From Verrucomicrobiota bacterium (GTDB taxonomy: Bacteria; Verrucomicrobiota; Verrucomicrobiia; Opitutales; UBA953): a stretch of DNA of 64,000 nucleotides. Under the pieces are notes generated by a model. It ran no database searches. It was not told the DNA's origin and saw nothing but the letters and a program-made list of their open reading frames with translations. The stretch is from NCBI GenBank assembly GCA_026397965.1, contig JAPLTU010000071.1, positions 39,304-103,303 of the forward strand. Reading direction: 5' to 3'. The position numbers and the translations under genes are program-made. Shown here piece after piece: positions 47,093 to 56,403 of this stretch (positions are counted from its first letter, which is position 1; the number at the start of each line of letters is the position of its first letter).

Positions 47093-47110
47093 AGAAACTC
47101 TGAAGTTGGC

Positions 47111-50100
47111 TTAGAACTTACGGTTCAGAGAGACGTTGACGCGCTTGTCTTGGTTATAGTCGTTGCCGCTACGGAATTCAGCGCTGAGGTTCGCCGTGAA
47201 GCCGTTGTTGAGATGCAACGTTGCGCCGAGGCCGAGGTTGGTGACGACGCTCTTGCTGTCGTTACCGGCGACGCTGAAGCTCGAGCTAGGCGCACCGGCG
47301 AAGTTGGCCGTGACGCTGGTCGCATTGGAGCCGAGCTGCTTTTCCAAGCCAAGGGAAAGGCTCAGACCCAAATTGCTCGTGGCTTCGTAGCCGATCGTCA
47401 GTCCCACGACACCGCGGGTTGCGCTAGAGTTCATGGCACCGACCGCGAGGTTCGCACCCGAACCGGTTTCGGTGAAGGCGTCGGACTTCGAGCTGCCGTA
47501 GACCAGACCAAGGGTCGGGCTCACGCTGAGATGGTCCTTTTTATAGACCTCCATCGAAGCACCTATCTGGGCACTCGTGCCGCTGAGCTTGTTGTTCGTC
47601 GAGCTTGAGGTACCCGTGGTCGAGGTGATTGCATCGTCACCCGAATTCGCCAAAGCCATGGTGCGGCTCGAGTCGAAGTGGAGGTTCGAGGTGCTGATCG
47701 CGGCCTTGACGCTGATCGGATAACGATAAGCAATCGAACCTTCCAGACTCAGACCCAAGACGTCTCCGCTTACAGAGTTGGTGCTCGAGAGCGCGTTCGT
47801 GTGGCCCGAATTATGGCCGTAGAACAGGCCAGCCTTCCACTGCGGATCATAGCTGTAGCTGATGTTCGCGTAATTGGTCGTGCTGGAGAGATGACGGTCG
47901 AAGGCGGCGGATGATCCGCCGGTGTAATTACTGGAGGCGTTGCTGTAACCGGCACCGATGTTCCACTTACCCTGGACGAACAACGGCGAGGTCTGGCCAA
48001 GAACGCCGTCCGTGATGGTACGGGCGGTGGTCTGAGCGTAATCACCAAGCCCCAGGAAGACTTCCGGAGAATAGGAATCCAGGACGGCGTTGGTATTCGC
48101 ACCCGCGTTGATCAAGGCCAAGGCTGCCTTACCGGCGTTGGTGTTGGTGTTGATGAAACCAGCGCGCTCAGCACCAGCATGCGTCACGGAAGCGGCTGCT
48201 TCAGTGACCGAAGCCGTCCAGAGAGCGTTAGCTACCGCAGTGCGGCTCGTGTTCGTACCCCAAGCACCGAACGTCTGTGCGGCGCTTAAGCCGGTACCAT
48301 ACAAGTTACCGAAGGTGTGGGTGGTGTCGGAGTTGTTATCGAAGAGGACCCAGCTGGTGAAATCGCTTCCGTCATAATCAGCGATGGCACCGGTGATGCC
48401 GCCCGAGGCCTTGATCAGGGTCAGGGCGTTAGCACGAGCCAAGGACGTGGCCGTGAAGGCGCCGAAGGTCTGGGCATCCAACGTGACTCCCGTTCCAATC
48501 GTCACCGTGCCGGTGACGTTGAATTGGTCGTGGTTACTAGAGCCGTTACCGGCGGTCAGTCCGCCGATTTCGGCCACGTAGTTGGAGTTGTTGGCGAGCA
48601 CTTGGGCACCGACGGCATTCAGGATGCCAGGCGAGTTGCCGGGAGCCAAGTCGCCGTTGACGGTGATGTTACCGTAGATCGTACCGGAACCACCCAGGGT
48701 GGCACCCGAGGCGACCGTGACGTTCGCGGAAGTGATGGTGCTATTGACGGTCAGCAGGCCAGCCTGGACGACGGTGTTACCGTAGCTACTCGTACCCGTG
48801 GAGAGGGTCAGGGTACCTGCGGTGGTCTTGACGAGGGCGCCGCTACCGGTGATGGCACCCGTGAAAGTACCCGCTTCGATGGTAAGATTCTTCGAAGCCG
48901 CGATGACGAATGAGCCATTTCCGGAGACGGTGTTGACCGTGGTGTTGCCAAGGTAGTTGACCGTACCCGTGCCCGTGCGGCTCGCGATGATGGAGTTACC
49001 CGAGAAGGTCGTGGTACCCGAACCGTTGAGACCCATCGAGAGGGTCGTCGTACCGGCGGCAGCCGTGAAGTTCAGCGTGGCGTCATTGGTCACCTGAGCG
49101 GCCAAGGTGACGGCGGAGCTGAAATTCAGCGTACCAGCGTTAACGGTGGTGGTGCCGGTGTAGTTATCTACGTTGAGGCCACTCAGGGTGAGGGCATTCA
49201 CCCCACCCTTGATGATCGAGCCAGCACCCTGGATTGTGCCGTCACTCGTACCTTCGGAAATCGTGAGACTCGCACCGGAAGCGATGTCCACAAGGCCGGA
49301 AGACGAGAGGGAGCGGATATTCGAATTCTTCTTGAAGTTCACATTGCCGGTGCTGATGGCCGCCACGTCAATGGTCGTGAAGCCATTGAACGTGGTGGAG
49401 CTAGAGTTATCATTGGCGAGGCCAGTGACGTTTGCATCCCCCGAGAAGGTGGTCGTCGCGCCGTAATTCGCCGCCAGCCCCGTTGAGAGGGTCGTCGTGC
49501 CCACGGCTGCCGTGAAGTTCAGCGTGCCGTTATTAACGGTCACCTGGCCGGCCAAGGTGACGGCCGAGTCGTAGACCAGCGTACCAGCGTTAGCGGTGGT
49601 GGTGCCAGTGTAGTTATCCACGCCCAAGCCCGAGAGCGTCAAGGTACCTGCGCTCGTCTTGATGACGTTCGCACCCGAAATGATTCCGGTATACGTACCA
49701 TCCGAGATCGTGAGCGACTTGGCGGTATCGATGCTGACGGTACCCGAACCATTCAAGGTCGTGACAGACGAGTCTTGGAAGAAGTTCTGCGTACCCGTGC
49801 CCGCACGGACATTGACGTTAGCGGAACCCGAGAAGCTGGTGGTACCCGAACCGTTGAGACCCGTCGAGAGGGTCGTCGTGCCCGCGGTGTCCGTGAAGTT
49901 CAGCGTGGCGTCATTGGTCACTTGAGCGACCAAGGTGACGGCGGAGCTGAAATTCAGCGTACCAGCGTTAACGGTGGTGGTGCCGGTGTAGTCATCGACG
50001 CCCAAGCCCGAGAGCGTCAGGTAGGTTCCGCCGGTCTTGATGATGGAACCGGCACCCGAAATGGTTCCGGAGAAGGTGTTGTTGGAAAGCGATAAGCTCT

Positions 50101-53100
50101 TGCCGCTGGCGATCGTAAGGGTTCCGGCGCCGGAGACGTCAAAGATGCTCGAATTAGCGCTGAAGTTCGCCGTGCCGTTACCCGTGCGATACTGAATCGC
50201 AGCGGCGCCCGTGAGGTTGGTCGTGCCGTTGCCGGATAAAGTACCCGTGACGTCTGTCGTGCCGCCGATGGTGACGACTCCGGTATTTTCGAGATTAGCA
50301 GTCCGCACATTTGCGTCTAAGTTGGTCGTGGCATAATTACGCAAGGTATTGACAAGCACATTGCCGATGACGTGCGTCGTGCCGCCGTCCGTGTTGATGT
50401 TAGTACCGGCGTAGGTTCCGCCGATGGTGGTGGTGCCGCTGCGATTCCAGACCCGAGTCCCCGTGACATTCCCACCGATGGTGATATTACCCGACAAATC
50501 GTTTTCGATCTCAGTAATCGCCGCATTAGCGTCGAAGTTGGTCGTGGCCTGATTGCGCAGGTAAGAAGCAGTCACATTGCCGATGACGTGAGTCGTGCCG
50601 CCGTCCGTGTAGATGTCAGTACCGACGTAGCTTCCATCGATGGTGGTAGTACCGCTTATATTAGTCGTGGTCGTGATCGAGGCGTTATTGGCAATGTTCG
50701 TCGTGCCACGATTAGTGAGGCTGCTGACGAGCGTGGTCGTCCCGGTGAGGGCCGTGAAATTCAAGACGGCGCCACTGGCAACGGTGACGGCACCAGAAAG
50801 GTTCACCGCAGTATGATCGAAGACCAGGGTGCCGTTGTTGACGCTGGTCGTTCCAGTGTAGTTATCGACGTTTGCTCCGGAAAGCGTAAGGGTGTTGCTA
50901 CTCTCTTTCTTAAGGCTACCGCTGCCGGAGATGGTGGCCGACGAGCTGCCGTCTTCCACCGTGAGATCGATGCCCTGAATAAGAATCGAGCCGCCGCCGT
51001 TGAGGCTATTGATGTTGTAATTGGCGTAGATTTCGATGGTACCATCGCCGCTGCGCGTGTTCGTGGTGCCGCCGCTAAAGAAGACGGTCCGACCGAGACC
51101 GCTGAGCGTGGTGATATTACCCGTTCCGTAGAAATAGGTATTTCCAGAATTGATGTTCGCCGTGGTGATGTTCGTCGTGCCTCTGAATGTCGTGGTGCTG
51201 TTAGTGACGATGTCCAACTGGGTTAGGTTCGCTTTGCCCGAGAAGGTCGTCGTTGCGCCATTTGCAACGAGGCCGGTCGACAAGGTGGTCGTACCCAAGG
51301 TGTCCGTGAAATTCAGGAAGCCGTTAGTGTTATTCACCTGACCAGCCAAGGTGACGGCGGAGGTGAACTCCAGGGTGCCGCCATTGACCGTCGTCGTGCC
51401 GGTGTAGTTATCCACGCCGAGTCCCGAGAGCACCAAGGTGCCGACGGTATTCTTGACGAGATTGCCCACGCCATTGATGGTGCCGCTGTAGCTACCGCTC
51501 TCGATCGTCAGGTTCTTGGTGGAGTCGTTGATGCTCAGGATGCCGGAGCCGGATAGGTTGGTGACGGAGGTATTGAGGGCAGTGAAGTTGACGGTTCCCG
51601 TCGAGTTGTTCTGCAACGAAGTGATAGCGTCATTGGTACTGCCGCCGGTGAAGCTCAGGGTGCCGTCGTTGATGACGGTGCCCATGCTGTTTCCTGTCGA
51701 GCTATTGACGGTGATCGTACCCTGCTGAAGACGGGTCGTGCCCGTAAGGTAGACCTTGTCCAGATTCAGGAGACCCGCGGTGACCTTGGTCAATGAACCC
51801 GAGCCGCTGACGTCCGCACCGGTGATCAAAGCCGCATTACCGGAATTGATCGTCACAAGGACGTCTACGCCGTCGATGACGAGCGAGCCGCCATTGAGGG
51901 TGGTGATGACGGAGGTCGGGCCGGAACCCTGTAAGGTAAGAGTGCCGCTCTTCATCGTACCGACCGAGACATTATAGCTGACGGTCGCCGTCGGATTACC
52001 GCCAAGCGTATCACCGAAGTTCGTGATGACCGAAGTGACGCCGGTCAAAGCCGCCGTGCCTCCGATGAAGTTCTTGATGGTCGTGGATTGACCGTTGAAG
52101 GTATGGGTGCCGCCCGACAAGTCCTTGATGACGACATCGGCGGTCGAGGAGTTGATCGAACCCCCGCTGACAGTGGTGAAAGAACCAATGGATCCCGTCA
52201 GATTGACCGTACCGGCCGAAAGCGTGCCGATATCCGCCACGCCCCCGATATTGATCGTGCCACCGTTGGCATCGATGCTACCGATGGTAGCGGTTCCGGA
52301 AACGTTCACCTCGAGGTAAACGACTCCACCCGTCGATGGACCAGGCAGATAGTTCGCACCACTGAGCAAATCACCGAATCGGTCCCGATTGGTGATATAA
52401 TTGGAATTAAGGTTCTTCGTCGTGACGGTACCGCCGGAAATATCCGACGTTAACGTGCCGTTTAGCGTCAGGCTATTGTGACCACCACCGCCAGCACCGT
52501 AGCCCCAGGTAAAGTCAGCAGGGAGAGTGGGGTCGAACGTGGCTGCATCCAAGCCGCCGATCACACCGCTTAGGGGACTCACGCCAAAGGCGTTATTATA
52601 GATGACCAAGTTGCCGCGCGTGAGGGTGGTGACACCGGAACCGAACAACTGATCGAGGGTGAGGGTAGAATTACCCCCCAAGGCTGGAGTAAGAGTCAGG
52701 CTACCATTGTTCCAAATCGTGCCCGTCATATCTTTGGCGACGCCCGTGAAAGTAGCTTCACCGCCCTGATCAATCAGCAGGTGCGAGGCCGTATTAAAGT
52801 TAACGCCATGTAACGAAGCACCGTTTTGAACGCTGATGTTCCAGACGCTGGCTAAGCCGCCTGCAACGGTATTCAGGCGACCTTCCGAAACTTCAATGAT
52901 ACCATCAAAGGTATTCGCGGAACTCAAATTGAGTGTGCCCGATCCGGTCTTTTCCAGTGAGCCCATACCCAAACCGAACGCTCCGGCCGAACCCGAGATC
53001 GCACCGGTGATTACCGCATCAGTAGCTGCCGACCCATTGCCGACCTCAATGGTGCGGTGGCCAGAGTCAAGAATGATGGCGTTGTCTAAAGTCAGGGTGT

Positions 53101-55675
53101 GGGTCGAATCCGAATTCGCCAAGATCAAGGTACTGGTCGGCAGCCGGGTAGCCCAATCAACAGTGGAACCTGCTGCGCCCAAGGTGACCTTACGGTCTGC
53201 ACCGATCGCAATGAAGCCGGCGCTGGTGCCGGTGAACTCGACTTCACCAACACCTGAACCGAGGTTACGGGCGAAATCAGCCGCGGCTAATTCCACGAGG
53301 CCTCCTTGGATTTGCAGAAGACCAAGCGTGAGGGCGTTCACGTCATTCAGACGCAAGGCACCATCACCAAGAATGGTGGCGTTGGTTGAGAGAGCGCTGG
53401 AGCCCGATAAGGTCAGGCGACCAGTGCCATTTTTGAAAAGATAGCCCGACCCCAGGTTCAGCCCGCCTGAAATGGTGGTATTTCCTGAGCCTCTAACATC
53501 TAGGCTTTGGTTGGCTACGCTGGTGACCGCACCCGTTGTAAGTTCAACGCCGCTAGCGACGATGATGCGATCGACGCCGAAAGCCGCTCTGGCAAGGGAA
53601 ACAGTTCCAAATGCCAAGGTAACAGTTTCGGTAGAGTCGAAGTTTCCACCCTTATTGACGCTTAAATTACCATCGGCTATCTTCAGGGTGCCCAGCGTCT
53701 GGGTCACCGAAGGGCGAGAGACAGTATAAGGGGTCACGGCACCAATTGTGATCGCGCTGCCGGTGGAGACTTCGACGTTATTTCCGAGGGTCAACGCGCT
53801 GTCGCTGTTGATATCAAGGCTACCGCCGGTCATGGTGACCTTGCCGGTACCCAAAGCGTTGTTGGATTTGATTTCCAGGGTGCCCGCCGCGATATTGACG
53901 GTACCAGAAAGCCCGGAATTATTGCCGGAGAGAGTGACGATGTCGCCCCCGCTGGTCTTGTTAAGGCCGTTCGTACCAGCCAAATTGACGCTGACCGTGC
54001 CCTTCTGGAGCTCAAAGGCCGCCGAAGAAGTCAGGGTTGAGGTTCCACTGGAAGATTTGATTTCGCCATCGGTCAACGTGACGACGCCGGCGGGCTGAGT
54101 CGAAGTTTGGTTGAAGCCGGCCATGTCGAGCGAAGACTGGGCGCCGCCGATATTTAAAGCGCCCGAACTCAAAACGTCGTTAGCACCGAAAACGAGTTTT
54201 CCGTCCGCGATGGTCGTCGCACCCGTCCAGCCGCTGGCCGCGGCAGTCAAGGTCAAGGTACCGCTGCCCAACAGCATATAAAGATTGCCCGACCCCAAGG
54301 TCAGCCCCGCGATTGTACTCGAACCTGAGCAGATAATCCTAAGGGATTCGTTAAGTACGCTGGTGACTTTACCCGTTGTGAATTGAACGCTCCCGACGCC
54401 AAAAGTCGAAGTGCCTCCAGCGCTGTCAAGAGACACGGCACCGACCACGAGGGTAGGGGTTGCGGAAGAATCGAAGTTTCCACCCCTGTTGATAACCAAG
54501 CTGGTAGCGCCCATCTTCAGGGTGCCTAAGGTCTGGGTCACCGAAGTCGTCAAAGCACTCGTAACGGCTTCGATTGTGACCCCGCCCCCGACTGTGACTT
54601 CAACGTTGTTGCCGAGGGACAAAGCGCTGTCGCTATTGATAGTGAGGCTACCGCCGGTCAGGGTGACCTTGCCGGTACCCAAAGCGTTGTTGGATTTGAT
54701 TTCCAGGGTGCCCGCCGCGATATTGACGGTGCCAGAAAGCCCAGAATTGTTGCCGGAGAGAGTGACGGTGGAGCTGGTGGTCTTGTTAAGACCGGTCGTA
54801 CCAGCCAAATTGACGCTGACCGTGCCCTTCTGGAGCTCAAAGGCCGCCGAAGAAGTCAGGGTTGAGGTTCCACTGGAAGATTTGATTGTGCCATCGGTCA
54901 ACGTGACAACGCCCGCGGGCGCAGTCGAAGTTTGGCTGAAGCCGGCCATGTCGAGCGTCGAGCCGTTCTGGATATTTAAAGCGCCCGAACTCAAAACGTC
55001 GTTATAACCAAAGAGGAGTTGGCCTGCCTTGACGGTCGTCGAACCCGCCCAAGATATATCCGCCGAATTGGATAATGCGAGGGTCCCGGAACCGTCTTTG
55101 ATCAGGTTGGCGGCGCCGAGATCAACGGCCCCTAAAATAGTTACATTGCCAGCACCATTGATTGTCAAATCGGTGGCCGGACCGGAGATTTGACCGCCAA
55201 TAGTGATAGTATGATCCAGGGCCGCGGTCATCGTTGAACTGGCGGCCCCAAAAATGACTTCGCCATCGAGCAAGGTTACGGTTGGAGGTACCGCGGAAGT
55301 CGCAGTCGAAGTGATGCTGTTAACGTTCAACTTGTAACCAAATAGTTTTACCGTGTGGGACAGCAACCCGTCTGTATTGGAGAGCGTCAACGTATTGTAT
55401 ACGGGAGTATCAAAACCAACGTTGGAAGTTGCCGTCGCGTTAACATTAGCAAGCCCACCGATCACCAAGTCGTCGCCGAGACCAGGAACTGTTGTTGACG
55501 CAACTCCTAGAGAGTCAGACCAGCTCGCTGCAAGGGACCAGTCTTGAAGGGTGGCCGGCGCAGACGGATTAAGATAGAATGTCGCGGCCTTGGCCGTGGT
55601 GGGCATCACCGTCGCCGAAAGGGCGAAAGCGGCGGCGACTAAAAAGCGGAGACGAGGGAGGGTTGGGTTAGCCAT
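47111..55675 (-). CDS. giant (2854-aa) autotransporter with PATR beta-strand repeats
   Basis: Signal peptide MANPTLPRLRFLVAAAFALSATVMPTTAKA|A. At least ten copies of the G(S/T)GTLTLSG.N.YTG.T.V..GTL signature. The C-terminal region has amphipathic beta strands ending in ...RVNVSLNRKF (terminal Phe), typical of an autotransporter barrel. Confidence 0.9.
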   Translation of the reverse strand: MANPTLPRLRFLVAAAFALSATVMPTTAKAATFYLNPSAPATLQDWSLAASWSDSLGVASTTVPGLGDDLVIGGLANVNATATSNVGFDTPVYNTLTLSNTDGLLSHTVKLFGYKLNVNSITSTATSAVPPTVTLLDGEVIFGAASSTMTAALDHTITIGGQISGPATDLTINGAGNVTILGAVDLGAANLIKDGSGTLALSNSADISWAGSTTVKAGQLLFGYNDVLSSGALNIQNGSTLDMAGFSQTSTAPAGVVTLTDGTIKSSSGTSTLTSSAAFELQKGTVSVNLAGTTGLNKTTSSTVTLSGNNSGLSGTVNIAAGTLEIKSNNALGTGKVTLTGGSLTINSDSALSLGNNVEVTVGGGVTIEAVTSALTTSVTQTLGTLKMGATSLVINRGGNFDSSATPTLVVGAVSLDSAGGTSTFGVGSVQFTTGKVTSVLNESLRIICSGSSTIAGLTLGSGNLYMLLGSGTLTLTAAASGWTGATTIADGKLVFGANDVLSSGALNIGGAQSSLDMAGFNQTSTQPAGVVTLTDGEIKSSSGTSTLTSSAAFELQKGTVSVNLAGTNGLNKTSGGDIVTLSGNNSGLSGTVNIAAGTLEIKSNNALGTGKVTMTGGSLDINSDSALTLGNNVEVSTGSAITIGAVTPYTVSRPSVTQTLGTLKIADGNLSVNKGGNFDSTETVTLAFGTVSLARAAFGVDRIIVASGVELTTGAVTSVANQSLDVRGSGNTTISGGLNLGSGYLFKNGTGRLTLSGSSALSTNATILGDGALRLNDVNALTLGLLQIQGGLVELAAADFARNLGSGVGEVEFTGTSAGFIAIGADRKVTLGAAGSTVDWATRLPTSTLILANSDSTHTLTLDNAIILDSGHRTIEVGNGSAATDAVITGAISGSAGAFGLGMGSLEKTGSGTLNLSSANTFDGIIEVSEGRLNTVAGGLASVWNISVQNGASLHGVNFNTASHLLIDQGGEATFTGVAKDMTGTIWNNGSLTLTPALGGNSTLTLDQLFGSGVTTLTRGNLVIYNNAFGVSPLSGVIGGLDAATFDPTLPADFTWGYGAGGGGHNSLTLNGTLTSDISGGTVTTKNLNSNYITNRDRFGDLLSGANYLPGPSTGGVVYLEVNVSGTATIGSIDANGGTINIGGVADIGTLSAGTVNLTGSIGSFTTVSGGSINSSTADVVIKDLSGGTHTFNGQSTTIKNFIGGTAALTGVTSVITNFGDTLGGNPTATVSYNVSVGTMKSGTLTLQGSGPTSVITTLNGGSLVIDGVDVLVTINSGNAALITGADVSGSGSLTKVTAGLLNLDKVYLTGTTRLQQGTITVNSSTGNSMGTVINDGTLSFTGGSTNDAITSLQNNSTGTVNFTALNTSVTNLSGSGILSINDSTKNLTIESGSYSGTINGVGNLVKNTVGTLVLSGLGVDNYTGTTTVNGGTLEFTSAVTLAGQVNNTNGFLNFTDTLGTTTLSTGLVANGATTTFSGKANLTQLDIVTNSTTTFRGTTNITTANINSGNTYFYGTGNITTLSGLGRTVFFSGGTTNTRSGDGTIEIYANYNINSLNGGGSILIQGIDLTVEDGSSSATISGSGSLKKESSNTLTLSGANVDNYTGTTSVNNGTLVFDHTAVNLSGAVTVASGAVLNFTALTGTTTLVSSLTNRGTTNIANNASITTTTNISGTTTIDGSYVGTDIYTDGGTTHVIGNVTASYLRNQATTNFDANAAITEIENDLSGNITIGGNVTGTRVWNRSGTTTIGGTYAGTNINTDGGTTHVIGNVLVNTLRNYATTNLDANVRTANLENTGVVTIGGTTDVTGTLSGNGTTNLTGAAAIQYRTGNGTANFSANSSIFDVSGAGTLTIASGKSLSLSNNTFSGTISGAGSIIKTGGTYLTLSGLGVDDYTGTTTVNAGTLNFSSAVTLVAQVTNDATLNFTDTAGTTTLSTGLNGSGTTSFSGSANVNVRAGTGTQNFFQDSSVTTLNGSGTVSIDTAKSLTISDGTYTGIISGANVIKTSAGTLTLSGLGVDNYTGTTTANAGTLVYDSAVTLAGQVTVNNGTLNFTAAVGTTTLSTGLAANYGATTTFSGDANVTGLANDNSSSTTFNGFTTIDVAAISTGNVNFKKNSNIRSLSSSGLVDIASGASLTISEGTSDGTIQGAGSIIKGGVNALTLSGLNVDNYTGTTTVNAGTLNFSSAVTLAAQVTNDATLNFTAAAGTTTLSMGLNGSGTTTFSGNSIIASRTGTGTVNYLGNTTVNTVSGNGSFVIAASKNLTIEAGTFTGAITGSGALVKTTAGTLTLSTGTSSYGNTVVQAGLLTVNSTITSANVTVASGATLGGSGTIYGNITVNGDLAPGNSPGILNAVGAQVLANNSNYVAEIGGLTAGNGSSNHDQFNVTGTVTIGTGVTLDAQTFGAFTATSLARANALTLIKASGGITGAIADYDGSDFTSWVLFDNNSDTTHTFGNLYGTGLSAAQTFGAWGTNTSRTAVANALWTASVTEAAASVTHAGAERAGFINTNTNAGKAALALINAGANTNAVLDSYSPEVFLGLGDYAQTTARTITDGVLGQTSPLFVQGKWNIGAGYSNASSNYTGGSSAAFDRHLSSTTNYANISYSYDPQWKAGLFYGHNSGHTNALSSTNSVSGDVLGLSLEGSIAYRYPISVKAAISTSNLHFDSSRTMALANSGDDAITSTTGTSSSTNNKLSGTSAQIGASMEVYKKDHLSVSPTLGLVYGSSKSDAFTETGSGANLAVGAMNSSATRGVVGLTIGYEATSNLGLSLSLGLEKQLGSNATSVTANFAGAPSSSFSVAGNDSKSVVTNLGLGATLHLNNGFTANLSAEFRSGNDYNQDKRVNVSLNRKF

Positions 55676-55946
55676 GGGATAAGTGATTGGGCGAAATTGC
55701 CTATTCCCCCCTCATCTGCAATCCGAATTATTTACACTTTAATAATATATTTACCCCCACCCCGACCAAGGGGGGGGTCGGGGGTCGGGGGGTACTTTAC
55801 TTATTTAGCTTACGTGTAAAAAAGTTATCAATCTTGGCCGAAGGTCACCCAAGGTGGAACCGCACCGATTGCCGTCCTTTTCCTGCACTTTCCCACCCAA
55901 CCCCCCTCGTCGCACCCTGCCAACGGTAGCAGTAGGGATATAAAAA

Positions 55947-55969
55947 CGGCCGCCCGGGCGGGCGGTTTT
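55947..55969. terminator. symmetric GC hairpin flanked by an A-run and a T-run (bidirectional terminator-like)
   Basis: AAAAACGG-CCGCCC-GGGC-GGGCGG-TTTTG. It lies ~270 bp upstream of the autotransporter start, in a lower-GC spacer. Confidence 0.5.
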
Positions 55970-56403
55970 GCTGAAACCTGAGCGATAGGTGTTGTCTATT
56001 AAATGCCACAAAATCGTGATTTTCCTGTAAACTTTTAATGTCCATCGTCCCGGCGTTATTCTCGGGCGGCTTGAGGGTCTATAAATTTTAAAAACAGGGA
56101 GCGCCTGATTATATATTAAATCTTCTAGAAAATCACCGATTGAAGGGGACTTCCGAGAATCTCCGCGGGTGGGAGGTGATCGTCCTGACCTCACCCTGCT
56201 TCGGCCAGCCGCGGGCCATCGCGGTTCATCAACTCCCTCCCCAGAAGCGATGGCGAAAGCAGCCTCTCCGGGACCGCTTCATTTTCTGAGGGTCGGGCTA
56301 CTCCGGCGACGTTTTAGGCTGTTTATAGGGGCCAAACCGTTTTTTCGGGGATTTTTCCGTTAATGGCCTCGCCTCGTAAGGGGTTACCTTAAGGCTTCAC
56401 TCC

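Noticed and set aside
47125-55547. Dozens of 60-280-aa ORFs on both strands inside the giant gene
   Set aside because: All lie within the single 2854-aa frame, which has a signal peptide, PATR repeats and a barrel. Their duplication pattern merely mirrors the internal DNA repeats.
55805-56194. 129-aa and 66-aa minus-strand ORFs and an 80-aa plus-strand ORF in the autotransporter/metzincin spacer
   Set aside because: They read through the terminator-like hairpin at 55947-55969, lack start context, and have odd composition. The region is treated as non-coding (see the finding).
56165-56330. SRP-RNA/6S-like small RNA (GGCGAAAGCAGCC resembles the SRP GGAAGCAGCC box)
   Set aside because: The flanking AGGUCAGG element is in the wrong order and orientation, and I could not draw a convincing helix 8.
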